This document shows, one piece after another, positions 14,501 to 26,284 of a stretch of DNA of 64,000 nt. Within the stretch, counting starts at the first letter, position 1; each line of letters starts with the position of its first letter. The stretch covers positions 1,933,674-1,997,673 of the forward strand of contig MU057651.1 of the NCBI GenBank assembly GCA_013265495.1. The letters run 5' to 3'. The translations under genes were made by a program, and so were the position numbers. This DNA is from Vicugna vicugna (taxonomy: Eukaryota). The notes beneath the pieces are model-generated. The model ran no database searches, was not told the origin of the DNA, and saw nothing but the letters and a program-made list of their open reading frames with translations.

Positions 14501-16869
14501 AGTAAAATTTCAGCTATTTATTTCTCTAAGGGTGAGCAGAGTTTGAGTGATTAACCAACAAAACTCGAAAGAGAAAACATTTCAAACCAGAAAAAATTCA
14601 TTCCATTTTTTTCCTGCATGGAAGCTTTCCAGCATCAAGTTCTTTGAATTTTAGTGATTTTAGCAGAATTTATTTTGACGGTGTTTTCTGTGGATAATAC
14701 ACTTCGCCTCTATATCTTGTTTAATGGTTTTCGGCTCTACTTGTCACAATTTAAGGACTACATGTTGTTATTAAGTGATTACAATAGCAGACAGTGTCTG
14801 GCTCTCTCTGCCCCTCTGTTTTGTCTTCACCCTTTATTACTCACACGTGTAAGTAAACTTCCGCGTTGTCTTCATTTGTCCTTGGTCGTATTTTGCGTTG
14901 TCCCTTGTTGTGTTGTAACGTTGACTGGTTTGTACTTTAAGTTAACGCAGTTACAGTCACATCTTCTATTTTTTAAGTCATGCTTTCCTTTCTTCAGAAT
15001 AGACTGAAACCATTTTCTGGTATGTTCTGTGCCCCTCCCAAATGTACTCCAGGTTCAATATTTCTTGCTTTGCACATCACCTCCCCAAGATTCCATGGTT
15101 ACGTTCGGCGACACATAGCCTGATGTCTAAATGTTAATACAGACATTTTCCTCCAGGTTTGTGGCTGTCCAACTCTAATTTACATGCCATGTCATAAGCC
15201 CCTCAAGTCTTAGAGAGCAAAGGCATCAGGGGAATAAATGGTTCTTTCTGGCAAGTTGGAGGTTTTAGGACTGAGTGAGGCCTGAGCTGAGGGAAGTTAT
15301 AGAACAGTGATTGAAGGTCTGACGTTCCTCGGATGGAGATGTTTGCTCTCTGAAGCTGAAATTGTTCATGGACATTTGAGAATGTGCAGAGGAAGCCAGG
15401 GATTTGTCTGCTATGTAATCCAGAGTCAGGAAAGTGGGTCACACCACAGATCTGCGGTGAAAGACAGTAGTTGGGAAGAAAAAACAAATACAGATGTTGG
15501 AGGATTTCCATTGAGTGACACCTGCTCTGTAAGCCGGCTTCTCTGCCTGAGAACAGGTGAGCTGCCCTTGGCACCTCCCTTCCAGGGAGCCTGTTCGAGG
15601 AGAGCTCCTCGGGAACAAGCCAACTGAGATTCGCATCAATTGCTCCTGTACCTAAAATGCTCTGCAATTTTGTATCTTTTTATCGATATTTATGAGATAA
15701 AAGTCTTGGTCAACACACAGAAAATCTCCAACTATTTCACTGCTCTTGTCCACAAGATAGTCCCTTATAATAAGCTGTCTTTCTAAACCTTTCCTTTATA
15801 AAATAAAGATCATTCAGGCCAAATTTTCTCAAACGTGGGGTGTGAGTAACCAAAATGGGAAAGAATGGTACCTCTTTTTTTTATGACTATTTTTTTTTCA
15901 AGATTGCTCAAGAAGAAACATCAAACTAATTATTTAAGATATGCTACAATAAATGGACTTCTTATAGACAGCAGGGCACAAAATTGGATGGAGTTCAAAG
16001 CAAAAAGTGAACGTTTACAGATGCTGTGGTACGACTTTGCCTGGGGAGCCCCCCCGTGGGGTGGCGGTCGGGGAGGGGTGCTTCCAATCTCTGGGACCCG
16101 TGGCAGCTACGTGACCATCGCTCTCAAAATTGCCAAATCAGAGGCTGCTTTCCCGCCGTGTGGCCTCAGCATTTAAGCTCCAGCATTAAGACAGATTCCC
16201 CCATCACGTCTTTGGAAACAAAAAAAACTGCCAGCTTACTGCCCACGTAATTACCCATTTAGAGTGGAAGGCGGTTATTAAATCTTCCATTTACTCCTCT
16301 GTTTTTCACAAAGCCCAAATCAATCTCTGCTCATAACATTTATTTCCACTTCCTTTATGTTTCCCTCAAAGGAATGATCCTTCCCCGTGACGTGACGATC
16401 ATTTGTATCTTGTACTGAGCATGGCAGAGCACACGTTATTAAGAGTTGTACTTGAACAAGTGGGTTTATACAAAACCTTTCAATTAAACTACATGCAGGA
16501 AACTCAGGGGAAGATATTCATCTTAACTCTCTTAATCTTTCCTCAGAGATAGGTCCCATCGATCTACTTCTAAAATTGTTTTATTTTTTACTGAATGTTT
16601 TGTACTTGAACAGCATCATTTGTTTAAACATTTAGACAGTCAAGAGACTAAGAAATCCACTCCGATATCAATTTTCAAAGAATGTATCCTGGGAAGTGCA
16701 ATATATATCAAAGTTTATTTTCATGTAAATGAGGCATTTGCTTTTTTGTGTTGGGGGGGCAGGTCAATCTAATTTCTAAAAAGAAACTTGATGCAATTTG
16801 AATGAGAGAAATACAATGTCCGTGAAGATGAAAGCATGTTCTTTCATTGTAAATTCCACGTTTGTTGTA

Positions 16870-17680
16870 CGTTTCAGTGGCATGTTATGCACACATCAGG
16901 GTATATATTCCCAAAGCTTCATACATCATAAGTACATACATCGATGAACTTTTATAAGATGCAAACGGCATGTAACCAAAACCTAAACGTGACCAAGAGA
17001 CAAACTTGCTTGACCCAGAGAAGCCCGCGTCGAGGACCCAGGAATGCATCCGAGTTGGCCCCCGTGGTGAATTCTAATCCAACCACTGTCCCTGCTTGGT
17101 GTAAATGGAATCACGTCTTCCGTTGGCTTGTTTGCCTTCATGCTTCGTGAGGCTGAGCTCTGTCAATCCCTGGGGTTATGTCTTTTCCATTCTTCTTGTT
17201 TTGTGGCATTACTTTACCTAAACTGACCACTGACTATTTCTCCTTCTTGGGTTAATATTTGTTTTCCCCTCCCTCTTTGCTCTTTCCAGTTGTGTTGCTA
17301 TAAACACTCATGCCTGTTTATTTTGGTGGACATGTCTGCACACGCATGCCCAGGAGGGAAATGGGTAGGACATAAAATAGGATTATGTGCAGCTGACATT
17401 TTACCAAGGTGCTGGCACTAATTTAAACTCCCAACAGCGTGGTGCTAGGTTTTGGTTGCCAGTCTCCTTGCAAAAATATGGCCTCCTGTTTGTGGTTTCA
17501 GTTTGCATTTCCCTGAGGACTAATGAAATAGAGAAACTTTATGCTTATCAGCAAATTAGGTATCCACTTAGTGAAGTGTTGCTACAAGACGTTTATCTAT
17601 TTTTTCATACACAGCTAAGTTATTTTCACTTATTGATTTGGAGCCGCTCTTTATATATGTCTGATATGATACTGGCGTAA
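16870..17680 (-). mobile_element. Ancient L1 (L1ME/L1MC-like) fragment
   Basis: Antisense motifs gttgctataaacactcatg, gtggtttcagtttgcatttccctgaggactaatga. Confidence 0.6.
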
Positions 17681-17689
17681 GACTCAAAT

Positions 17690-17960
17690 ACTGCTAACCA
17701 TCATTATTTGCGAATTCTGTATTTGTGCATTCACCTGCTCATTAAAATTTATGTGCAACCTAAAAATCAGCACTCATGCTATTTCTGTGGTCACACATGT
17801 ACATACGCAGAGTGGCAAGAAAATTGAATGGAGTCACCCAAAACACGTTCCCAGCTGAGGGAGAGCAATGCGATGCTCTATCTTCTTGTTTTATTTCTCA
17901 TACAGAGATGCTCACCAGAGGATGGGCACAGAAGGGGGCAGAGCAGGGCACTGCAAGAGG
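17690..17960. mobile_element. TcMar-Tigger DNA transposon fossil (MER82-like)
   Basis: tcattatttgcgaattctgtatttgtgcattcacctgctcattaaaattt...acacgttcccagctgagg resembles a recalled Tigger-family consensus. Confidence 0.65.
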
Positions 17961-17974
17961 CTCCACCCTGGGGA

Positions 17975-18113
17975 CAACTGGATACATTGTGTCTCAATTG
18001 GATGCATTGCATCTCAATTGGATAAACTGAATCCCAATTGGATAGACTGTAGCTTGATCGGATAGAGTGTATCTGAATTGGATACACTGCATCTCAATTG
18101 GATAGATTGCTCT
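17975..18113. repeat. Minisatellite, about 7 x 20 bp, consensus CAATTGGATACACTGCATCT
   Basis: Directly visible degenerate tandem units with 20-bp period. Confidence 0.9.
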
Positions 18114-18349
18114 CAGTTCTGGAACCTGGTAATGAGACGGCTTCAACCAAGTCACTTAGCACTTCAGACATTTGTTTCCTATTTTGTAAAATAAAGGAAA
18201 TTGAATCTGCCAAGATGAGTTCTGTTTTAGAAGTTAAGATTACAGCCTATGTGATTCTCTAATAATTCATTTGAAGACACTATATATATATATTTATATT
18301 CATTAGTAATTATTAGGGGGAGATAAATACATTCAGACCATAGTAGTGC

Positions 18350-19150
18350 CTTTAGTGAACTGTTTAAAATATTCTGCCTACGTCAAGGGCATAAATGCAT
18401 TTTCTTGTTTTATTATATACTTTTTCTTTTTAACAGAGATGCAACCACCTGAAATTGATGTTTATATGGAGTGTGAAGTAGGAGCTAACATCCATTTTCT
18501 TTTTTTCTTATGATGATCTGATGAACCCAGCACAACTTACTGGAAAAAAACAAAAAACAAAGACATCTTTTTCTCATCTGTTTCTGGATTCTGTTTTGTC
18601 TGTGGATGAATTTGTGGGTCCATACACAACCAGCACACTTTGTTAATCGCTGTGTTTTCATAAGATTTGCTCTCCTCCAGCCCTGTTCTTCTCTTTCTTC
18701 ATTTCTTACTTCTCCTCTGAGTCCACTTTTTCTTTTAAAAGATTGCCCTAAACAATTTGTTTTTCAATTTTGAATTTCCATAAACTAGAATTTTAAGAAT
18801 TTTAGATTAAAAAATAAAACACCTACTGGATGTTTAGTGGAATTACTTTGTACATATAAGTTATTTGGGGAAAAATTGGTATCTTCATAATATAAAATCA
18901 ACCAAATCTTAAATGCAGTATGCCCACCATTTATTTAATATAAAATTGTCCTACACAACGTTTTGTATTTTCCATTGTATAGGCTTTCTATGTAATTTCC
19001 TTAGATTTCTTCCTAGTTTTCTGATATTTTTTCTAAACTACATTAAATGCTATTTCATAAATTTTCATTTCTATTTGTTGCTGATAAGTAGAAATGAGTT
19101 TATTTTGCCATGTTGACATTGCTTCAAACTTATTATTATATTGTTTGAAC
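18350..19150 (-). mobile_element. Ancient L1 fragment
   Basis: Antisense ORF2-like motifs tggagtgtgaagtaggagctaac, cccagcacaacttactg, ttggggaaaaattggtatcttc. Confidence 0.55.
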
Positions 19151-19852
19151 TCAGTATTTCTGAGGTCTCTATTCTGATTCCTCAGTGACATTATGCTTTG
19201 GTTTTTAATCCCCCTGTGCCTTGCAGCCCCCGAAGTCAACTGATACCCTGAAAGGAGCACCCCCATGAGCTCAGCCCTGCAGCCAAACATGTGTGCATTC
19301 AGATCTCTTCTGGGTTTGATGTCTCCCTGTGGTCTGGGCAGTGCCTTTCAGCCTCTGGCCTGTTGCACAAATCCAGCCACTGCCCCCTGGTAAGAGTCGC
19401 CCCAGAAGTCACTTCATCTCGTGGAACAGCTGCCCTCTCTGGAGAATTAGCTGTTCAGTCCTGATTCCCTCTGATCTCCACTGGCATCAAACTCATGATC
19501 TGTTTCATCAAGACCGTACCTGTGACAGCTCCGGTCTGTGGCTAACGACTCCGTTTCAAAAGCAAAAAGAAGTAAAACATGTCGATTTAAAGTGTGTCTT
19601 TCTCTGCTTTCCCATCTATAACTTCCTCTCCTCATCCCCTGCCTCAGCCCTGTATAGGCAGCGTGAGCAACAGGTACATGTCTTTTTACTTTCACTATGT
19701 TTGTAAATTGAAAAAAAAAAACACAAAAGTCTGCCTCCAGCAGTAGCTAATTGGTTATTTTGTTTCCATCATCTACTGACAACAAATATATAATTTATCT
19801 AGACCAGAGATATTAAAAATAAATAGGTTTTTTCCCTCTTCACTTTCCGTTT

Positions 19853-20226
19853 CTTTTTTTTTTAATTGAAGTATTTATTATTGATTTGCAATGTTCCATT
19901 AGTTTCTGATGTACAGCAAAGTGATTCAGTTACTCACATATATTCTTTTTCATATTCCTTATCATTATAGGCATTACAAAATATTGAATGGAGTTCCCTG
20001 TGCTGTACAGTAGGCCCTTGTTGTTTATTATTTTATATAGAATAGTATGTATTTACAAATCTCAGGCTCCTAATTTATCCCTCCACCCCCGTTTCCCTTT
20101 CGGAAACCATACGTTTGGTCTCTATGTCCATGAGTCTGTTTCTGTTTCGTAAATCATTTCATTTGTGCCATATTTTTTTAGATTCCACGTATAAGTGATA
20201 TCGTATATTTGTCTTTCTCTGCCTGG
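19853..20226 (-). mobile_element. L1 3' end
   Basis: Poly-T then aattgaagtat...ttagtttctgatgtacagcaaagtgattcag...ttagattccacgtataagtgatatc. Confidence 0.85.
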
Positions 20227-20412
20227 CACAGCAATCAGACGAGAAAAAGAAATGAAAGTAGCCCAAATTGAAAGACAGGAGGTAGAATTGTCACTACATG
20301 TAGATGCCATGATACTATACAGAAAACCCTAAAGACGCCACACGAAAAATACGAAAGCTGATAAAGGAATTCAGCAGAACACAGGGTTAACAGATAGACA
20401 CGAAAAACAGTT
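20227..20412 (+). mobile_element. L1 ORF2 reverse-transcriptase fragment abutting an opposite-strand L1 3' end
   Basis: Encodes decayed AIRREKEMK...ELSLHVDAMILYTENPKD (cf. the L1 FADD motif region). Confidence 0.8.
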
Positions 20413-20844
20413 TTGAAAGGATGGCCGAACTGCCACGGCTTCAAAGATCTGCAGAGCAACAGTCTGAGAAGAGACGGAAACTCAGAGAAGTGACCCTAAC
20501 TCGGCATTTTTCACCCCCCGAAAGCATTTGTTGACTGAAACAGCACTGTGCTACTGAGATACAGAAGACCACCCCGTGTTTTGGGGAACACTGAATGGTG
20601 AAACCGTTTGGAAGAGAAATTTTCAATATGCCTCCGAATTTAAATTGTGCAGACACTTTGAACAATTTCGCAGCTGTGCATCCAAGTCCACAGATGGGAA
20701 ATATGAGAAAGGAAAACAAGAAGAGATGGGCATGGCTGCCCACTGTGCATGGTGCACAACATCCGTAGCTTTTTATAACAAAGGAAAGAGGGAAGTCTCT
20801 GATGGAAGGAGACTGCACCCTCATGAAACTATTTTCACTACGTG

Positions 20845-21310
20845 TGTAATGGAGCAGGACCCCAGGGGGCCCTCCTGGGTCAGACCCCCTCCCCGTGTCC
20901 TCCCCTGCAGCTCCTCTCTGAAGGACCCAGCTCATAGCATCTCATGTACATTTCTTGAATTTTTCAGATGCTAAAAACCACCACCAAAGGGAAGAAATGA
21001 ACCACTTGATGATGGAGAGCATGTGGCCCCCGGACATCCTGGTGCCTCGGGGTTGACAGTATTGACCATCCTGTTCCATCCACATCAACCAATCAGAGAA
21101 TTGTGCAGACCTGACCACATGCCTGGGACCCCCAGCCCTCACGTGGCCTTTAAATATGCTTTGCTGAAACCCTGCGAGGAGTTCGGGGATTTCTTGGGCA
21201 CGAGCCACCCCATGCTCCATGCTCAGCCCTGCAATCAACCTTTCTCTGCTCCCAGCTCTGACATCTTGGTTTCTTCATGCATCAGTTACACGAACTTCCA
21301 TTTGACAACA
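20845..21310 (+). mobile_element. ERV1-class solo LTR
   Basis: TGT...ACA termini, 4-bp TSD cgtg/tgtg, CCAAT box (aaccaatcag), TATA-like tttaaata, degenerate polyA signal. Confidence 0.8.
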
Positions 21311-21610
21311 TGTGTCCTTATTTACATGTTTGTCAGTTAGAAAAAAAAGAAATACTAGATACAAAGTATAAAATAAAAATGCGCATACATGCATCATGTG
21401 TGTTCTTGTGTACCCAAGGGCCTGTTCTCGCCACGGTAAGACGTGTGCAGCCCACAGGTAGGGAAGGAGCAGGGAGAGGCTGATGCAGGGTCAGGAAGGC
21501 TCACTTTGCTATTTCTGCATTTTGATGTCTCTTAAATCATTTATAATAAGAACATTCATGAATTCCTTGAGTAGTAAGACATATAATTGTAAATAAAATA
21601 TTGTTCTTGA

Positions 21611-21683
21611 AAAATTGTGCTCTACGCTGGAATTTGACACAACATTGTAAAATGATTATAAATCAATAAAAAATGTTAAAAAC
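21611..21683 (+). mobile_element. Ultra-short young L1 3' tail
   Basis: aaaattgtgctctacgctggaatttgacacaacattg...; TSD aatattgttcttga at 21597-21610 and 21684-21697. Confidence 0.9.
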
Positions 21684-22499
21684 AATATTGTTCTTGACAA
21701 TGCTTGCTTTCTTGCTGTTGATATTTCAACTGAAATTAGCCTGTGGGCCCATTACTTCCAGAGAAGAAAAATCACTGAGGTCTTGGTAACAGAAGATAAT
21801 ATGTGTATCTGTGTGTTTGCATGTAGTGCATGTGAGATTCGCAAACATTTCATTGTGCAAAGGATCAGATAATCAATTGCATTTCCCTCTTATGACAATC
21901 TGATTTATTTTTGCTGTGCAATTTGCAGGTACAGAATGTTGTATTAAAATATCTAGAAATTGGAATAAGATTGGATATGTTTTGATCATGGATGTTTCAA
22001 ATATTTTGAATATTTGAGGATTTTTTTGGCAGGAGAACAATGAATTGGCGAATTAGATGGAAGAGCATGTGCTGGCAGGGAGGGAAGCTGCCAGCCAGGC
22101 CGCCAGGGACAGAGAGGATCCAGATGGAGGCACCATGCAGGCCTGATGGTGTGTGAATTGCCCAGGGCAGGCAGGCACTTGGCAGGTGTCTGCACGGAGA
22201 CCTGTGTCTGAGCCCCTTCCCTCCCTTAATGGTCCAGACCATGGGGACTGCACAGGGGAACAGGGACCACTGTCTGCACACTGCCCTAAACCTTCACATG
22301 TAAACACATTCAGTAGCAGGAGATGAAGCTGAAAGGGGCCAGAAAGGATATCGAAAAATGAGACGCTCACAGGGAAAATCAGCTGCCGAAACTAGTCGGA
22401 GTTTTTATGTATTTATTCTCTTTTACAATTGGATGCTGTCAGCGTTTAATGTGATGCAAGTGAATCCTCTACAATCCGGGTTGAAGAAGTGCAGGGAAA

Positions 22500-24400
22500 C
22501 CCCGGAGCTGGTGTGAGGCTGGGAACGCGGTGACCTGCCACCCACCAGGAGAGAGGCCAGGAGAGAGGGCTCCTCTGGGGTCCCTGGGGTGACAGCGGAT
22601 GTGACGTTGCCCCGTCACCCCAGGGAAGGCACCCGAGTCGTGGGGTGGATGTGACCGACGGGTCCCAGATGCTGGTCCTGAGAGTATGGGGTGGCTTCTG
22701 TGTGCTCCCCCTGCTTGGAAAATGCCCATGAAAGATTGATGACTGGGGCGCAGGGGCCCCTCACGGCCAGCCCTTCCCTCCCTCCTCCCTGACTGTGTCT
22801 CTTGCCTGGACCGAGGGGCAACCAGCAAACGTGATTGATTTTGAGACCCGCCCCACGGGGACCAAGCGCACCATGGGGGGAAGCAGCACGGAAGGTGGAG
22901 CCACTGAGGGTTGGGCGGTTGGCCCTGCGGCCACCGGGAGCTCCCACGGCGCCCTCAGCACACCTGGGGCGGGACCTGGTGCCTGGAGCGCAGCCCCGCG
23001 CCCCGTCTGGCACCACCATTGTTGCCCATCCTGCTCTGCCTTTCCCGGTGGGGAGTCTGAACTGACAGTGACAGCAACCCGGCCACAGAGAACCCGGCGT
23101 GCGTCCCAGCTCCTCAGCCCTGGGGGCGGGATGGCTCATCGCCACCTCGTGTCCCCGCTGCTCAGGAAACCCGGCTTTGCCCTCCCCCGAGAACTCCCTC
23201 CATGAGCTCCCCCACTGCATGGTGAGCGAGCGCCTCAGTCCCCAGGAGGGGCTGCTGTCGCTGCCTGTCAGTCTGCCGGTGCGCCCCGGCCAGCATCTCG
23301 GGGAAGCGGCCGAGACAGAAAAGCAGGAGAGCCGTTGTCCCGGGGCCTCAGCCCCTTGCACAGGGAGCCCTTGCTTGAGAGCCACACGGGCAGCTGGTAG
23401 GGACCGAAGCTTCCGGGCTGGTGGGCAAGATGTCACCTTGGCATCAGGGACCCATAGACGACACAGAACCCGGTGGCTAAATGGTGCAGACTCTGACGTC
23501 TGGTGGCCCGGGTTCGAATCCTGGCTCTGCCGATGAATCACTGTGTGACTTTCCTGCGATTTCCCAGCTTCTTCATCTGTAAATGAGATTGATGGAAATA
23601 CTGTCCTCCTGGGGGCCAGTAAGGATGCTGCACTGCATCGCCTGCGTCTGCAATGAGCATTTAAATCCCGGGAGAGCCGCGTCCTCACCGCCGGGTGCCA
23701 GCCCGGCCCGCCCCCAGCCGCAGCCCCCAGGCGCAGGGGGACGGAGGGGCGCTGCCTTGCCCCCAGCCTGCAGCAGAAGGAGCTGCACGGGGCGCCTGCA
23801 TTTCCTGCTTCGTCGCGGAACACATCTTCCAGAAGTGACGTGGGCACGACTTTGTGCCCGTGTGTACCCCCTACAAGTGACATCTTTATGACTGTAAATC
23901 AGTGACTATAAAATTGGAGTCAACCAAGGAGAGCCTAAGTGCAAACATCTGGTCTGAATCTTTTCTGGGAGGAAAAGTAAGGCACATCAAGTTTTGGTTC
24001 CTCCTCGTCCCCCGCCCCGTTTCCTGGTTCATTTGGGTAATTGTGCTATTTTTGTGTCACTTTCCTGCCTCGGTGAGTGGTCTGAGGACATTTCTAGCAG
24101 CTGAGACTTTGAGAGGCCGTGCTCTGTGTGGCCCCGTGCTCTCTCAAGCAGGAGGAGGAGGTCTGCTCATGGTGTAGGCATTGCAGCTTTGGTGATGCAG
24201 CCATGGGGGCGCAGTCCTGGGTGCAGTCGTGGGGCTGCAGTCGTGGGGGTGCCGTCAGGGGTACAGTTGGGGGGGTGCAGTAGAGACCAGTTCCGGGCCT
24301 CGGATACTCAGAGGCAGCTGTGGTCCCGACACCTCAGACCTCCCTGTGGATGTCTCTGTCGTACAGATTCCTCCTGGTCGTGACAGTTTACCTGTGACAC
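22500..24400. promoter_or_regulatory. GC/CpG-rich segment, possible CpG island or regulatory element
   Basis: High GC, many CpGs, GC boxes (ccgccc, ggggcgg), TGACGT at ~23836; no linked exon identified. Confidence 0.35.
23470..23660 (+). mobile_element. MIR SINE
   Basis: gggttcgaatcctggctctgcc...ctgtgtgact...ttcttcatctgtaaatgag is the MIR core. Confidence 0.75.
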
Positions 24401-25103
24401 TGTTACTAATTTCAAAACTTCCCGTGACTGTAACCTAGAGTAATGCCCGTTTGCCCTTTATGTTTCTCTCCAACTCAAAATATCCAGAGTGAATACTTAA
24501 ATGAGCAGAGAAAAGTTTGGGGTTTTGTTGGTTTGTTTTGTGTGTGGTGTCTCTATTTAAAAGAATTTACCAAATTATATGGACAGGACAAAGGGGGAGA
24601 GCGAAATATGACGTACGAGCCCCGTTACTTTCAAGAGCGTTCCCCGCATTTTCTCGCAAGCTCCACCTTTGACCGACCTACGAGTCAAGGATCAAAGTCA
24701 GAAGAAACCCGTTCAGCGGCAGAAGGGGCTTTAGGCACCTGCCTAATGGCATTTCTCTGCTCGACAATGTCTAAGCTCTCATATTAATAAACCCCCTCTC
24801 TTGTTACTGGTTCCTCCCATCAGTTCCCTCCGATGGTCCTCATTTTACAGAATTAACGATATGACGATTGTTTATGTTTGAGGCTCAGTGACAAAGTCGG
24901 GACACGGCGTTCAGGGCACTCTGTCAGAAGATCTGGGCTCTCACCGGATGGATGTGCCGTTGCTCGTTCAGACTGCAAGGTTTCATCGTGTACGCGCAGG
25001 CTTTTACAAACCTCCTGGCCAGCAGTGTGGCCAGCACCCCACGCGCTGCCCTCTGCGGTGTCCCCGGGGCAAAGGCGTCTCCCCCGCTCCCTCAGCCTCC
25101 TGG

Positions 25104-25583
25104 GGGACCGCTGCCCGGACGCGGGTTTCCATATAAACTCCGTGAGGAAGAGCATCCATCTTGAGGTTGAACCCTCGATACAGCACAAAGGGTAAAGACA
25201 GAGATTCAATATGAGAAAGGAATTCTCCCTCATCAGCAAAGACTGACCTTCGCTGGCAAGTGATGGGAAGACGGTCACACTTTGAACACAGCATTCAAGG
25301 AGGTCCCTCTCCATCACCGTACGGTGATGCCAGGAAAGGAGAAGGCTTATATCGCTCCCGAGGTGGCAGGTGCAAACCCAAAGTGAAGCTGGCTGCCCTG
25401 AAATCCCGCGGGGTGGCTGAGAAGGGCAGAATCTGCCCTTTTCCTGGGCGTGTCCTCCGGACGAATGCGGTGCTGGCACGCTGACAGCCAGCATCATGCC
25501 AAAGGCGGTCTGATGTGCTGCGTCCACAAGGTGGAAGATGGTAAATTGTATATTGGTTAACGAAAGACACAAACTGAAAAAAT
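25104..25583 (+). pseudogene. RPS27A: Processed pseudogene of RPS27A (ubiquitin-40S ribosomal protein S27a fusion)
   Basis: Intronless, colinear remnants: LEVEPS (cttgaggttgaaccctcg), QQRLTFAGK (cagcaaagactgaccttcgctggcaag), VKLAALK, DECGAG (gacgaatgcggtgctggc); then a 3' UTR remnant gttaacgaaagacacaaactg and an A tail; start codon decayed to ACG; multiple frameshifts. Confidence 0.9.
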
Positions 25584-25891
25584 AAGAATTCTGTCCATGC
25601 GCACACTGCTCCTCCCGCAACAGGTCAAGATGAAAGGACTCATGTGTCAACTCTAAAGACTGAGGACGCTTGTTACAGAATTTGCATCCACAGCGGACCT
25701 TGGGAATCCTCTGTTTGCCTTAAGGAAAAAGCGTTGTTGCAATCTCTGTTCAACTCTATCAGGACCCTTGGAGAGAAGAATTGTCCTGTCTTTAATTTAG
25801 TTCTCAAGGTTAAGGTATGTGATTCTGCCACACATTTCCTCTTCATCTTCCCAAACACAGAGCATTGTCATCTCCGACTTGGTCTTCAAGC

Positions 25892-25980
25892 TTTTTTTTT
25901 TCAGTGGAGGGACTGGGGATTGAACCCAGGACCTTGTGCATGCCAAGCACGCGCTCTACCCCCGAGCCGCACCCTCTCCC
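25892..25980 (-). mobile_element. tRNA-derived camelid SINE (Vic-1-like, short form)
   Basis: Minus strand gggagagggtgcggctcgggggtagagcgcgtgcttggcatgcacaaggtcctgggttcaatcccc plus A tail. Confidence 0.85.
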
Positions 25981-26050
25981 ACTGAGCTTTTTCGAATGTT
26001 CTAAATTATTAGTCCTTTTCAACCTTAAAAGATTTACGAAATACTTATGA

Positions 26051-26284
26051 CATTCTAAGAGAAGTAAGCCAGAAAGAGAAAGAAAAATACCATACGAGAT
26101 CACTCATATGTAGAATCTAAAAAAAAAAAAAAAGAAAGAAAAGATAAAGATAAATGGACATAAATACAAAACAGGCAATGAATATATGCACGTTCGTGTA
26201 TGACTGAAAAATCGTGCTCCACGCCGGAAATGGACACAGCATTGTAAACTGACTACAACTCAGTAAAATAAAACTAAAAAGAGA
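26051..26284 (+). mobile_element. Camelid-type L1 3' end with internal deletion
   Basis: gaagtaagccagaaagagaaagaaaaataccata...ggacacagcattgtaaactgac; TSD aaat(a/g)cttatga at 26039-26050 and 26285-26296. Confidence 0.85.

Noticed and set aside
17975..18113. CRISPR-like repeat array
   Set aside because: Units are directly adjacent without spacers, the context is mammalian, and there are no cas genes.
22615..23883. 422-aa minus-strand ORF
   Set aside because: GC-rich, low-complexity composition, runs through a MIR, and has no recognisable domain; likely a chance ORF.
24853..25650. 265-aa minus-strand ORF
   Set aside because: It is the antisense of the RPS27A pseudogene plus GC-rich flank.
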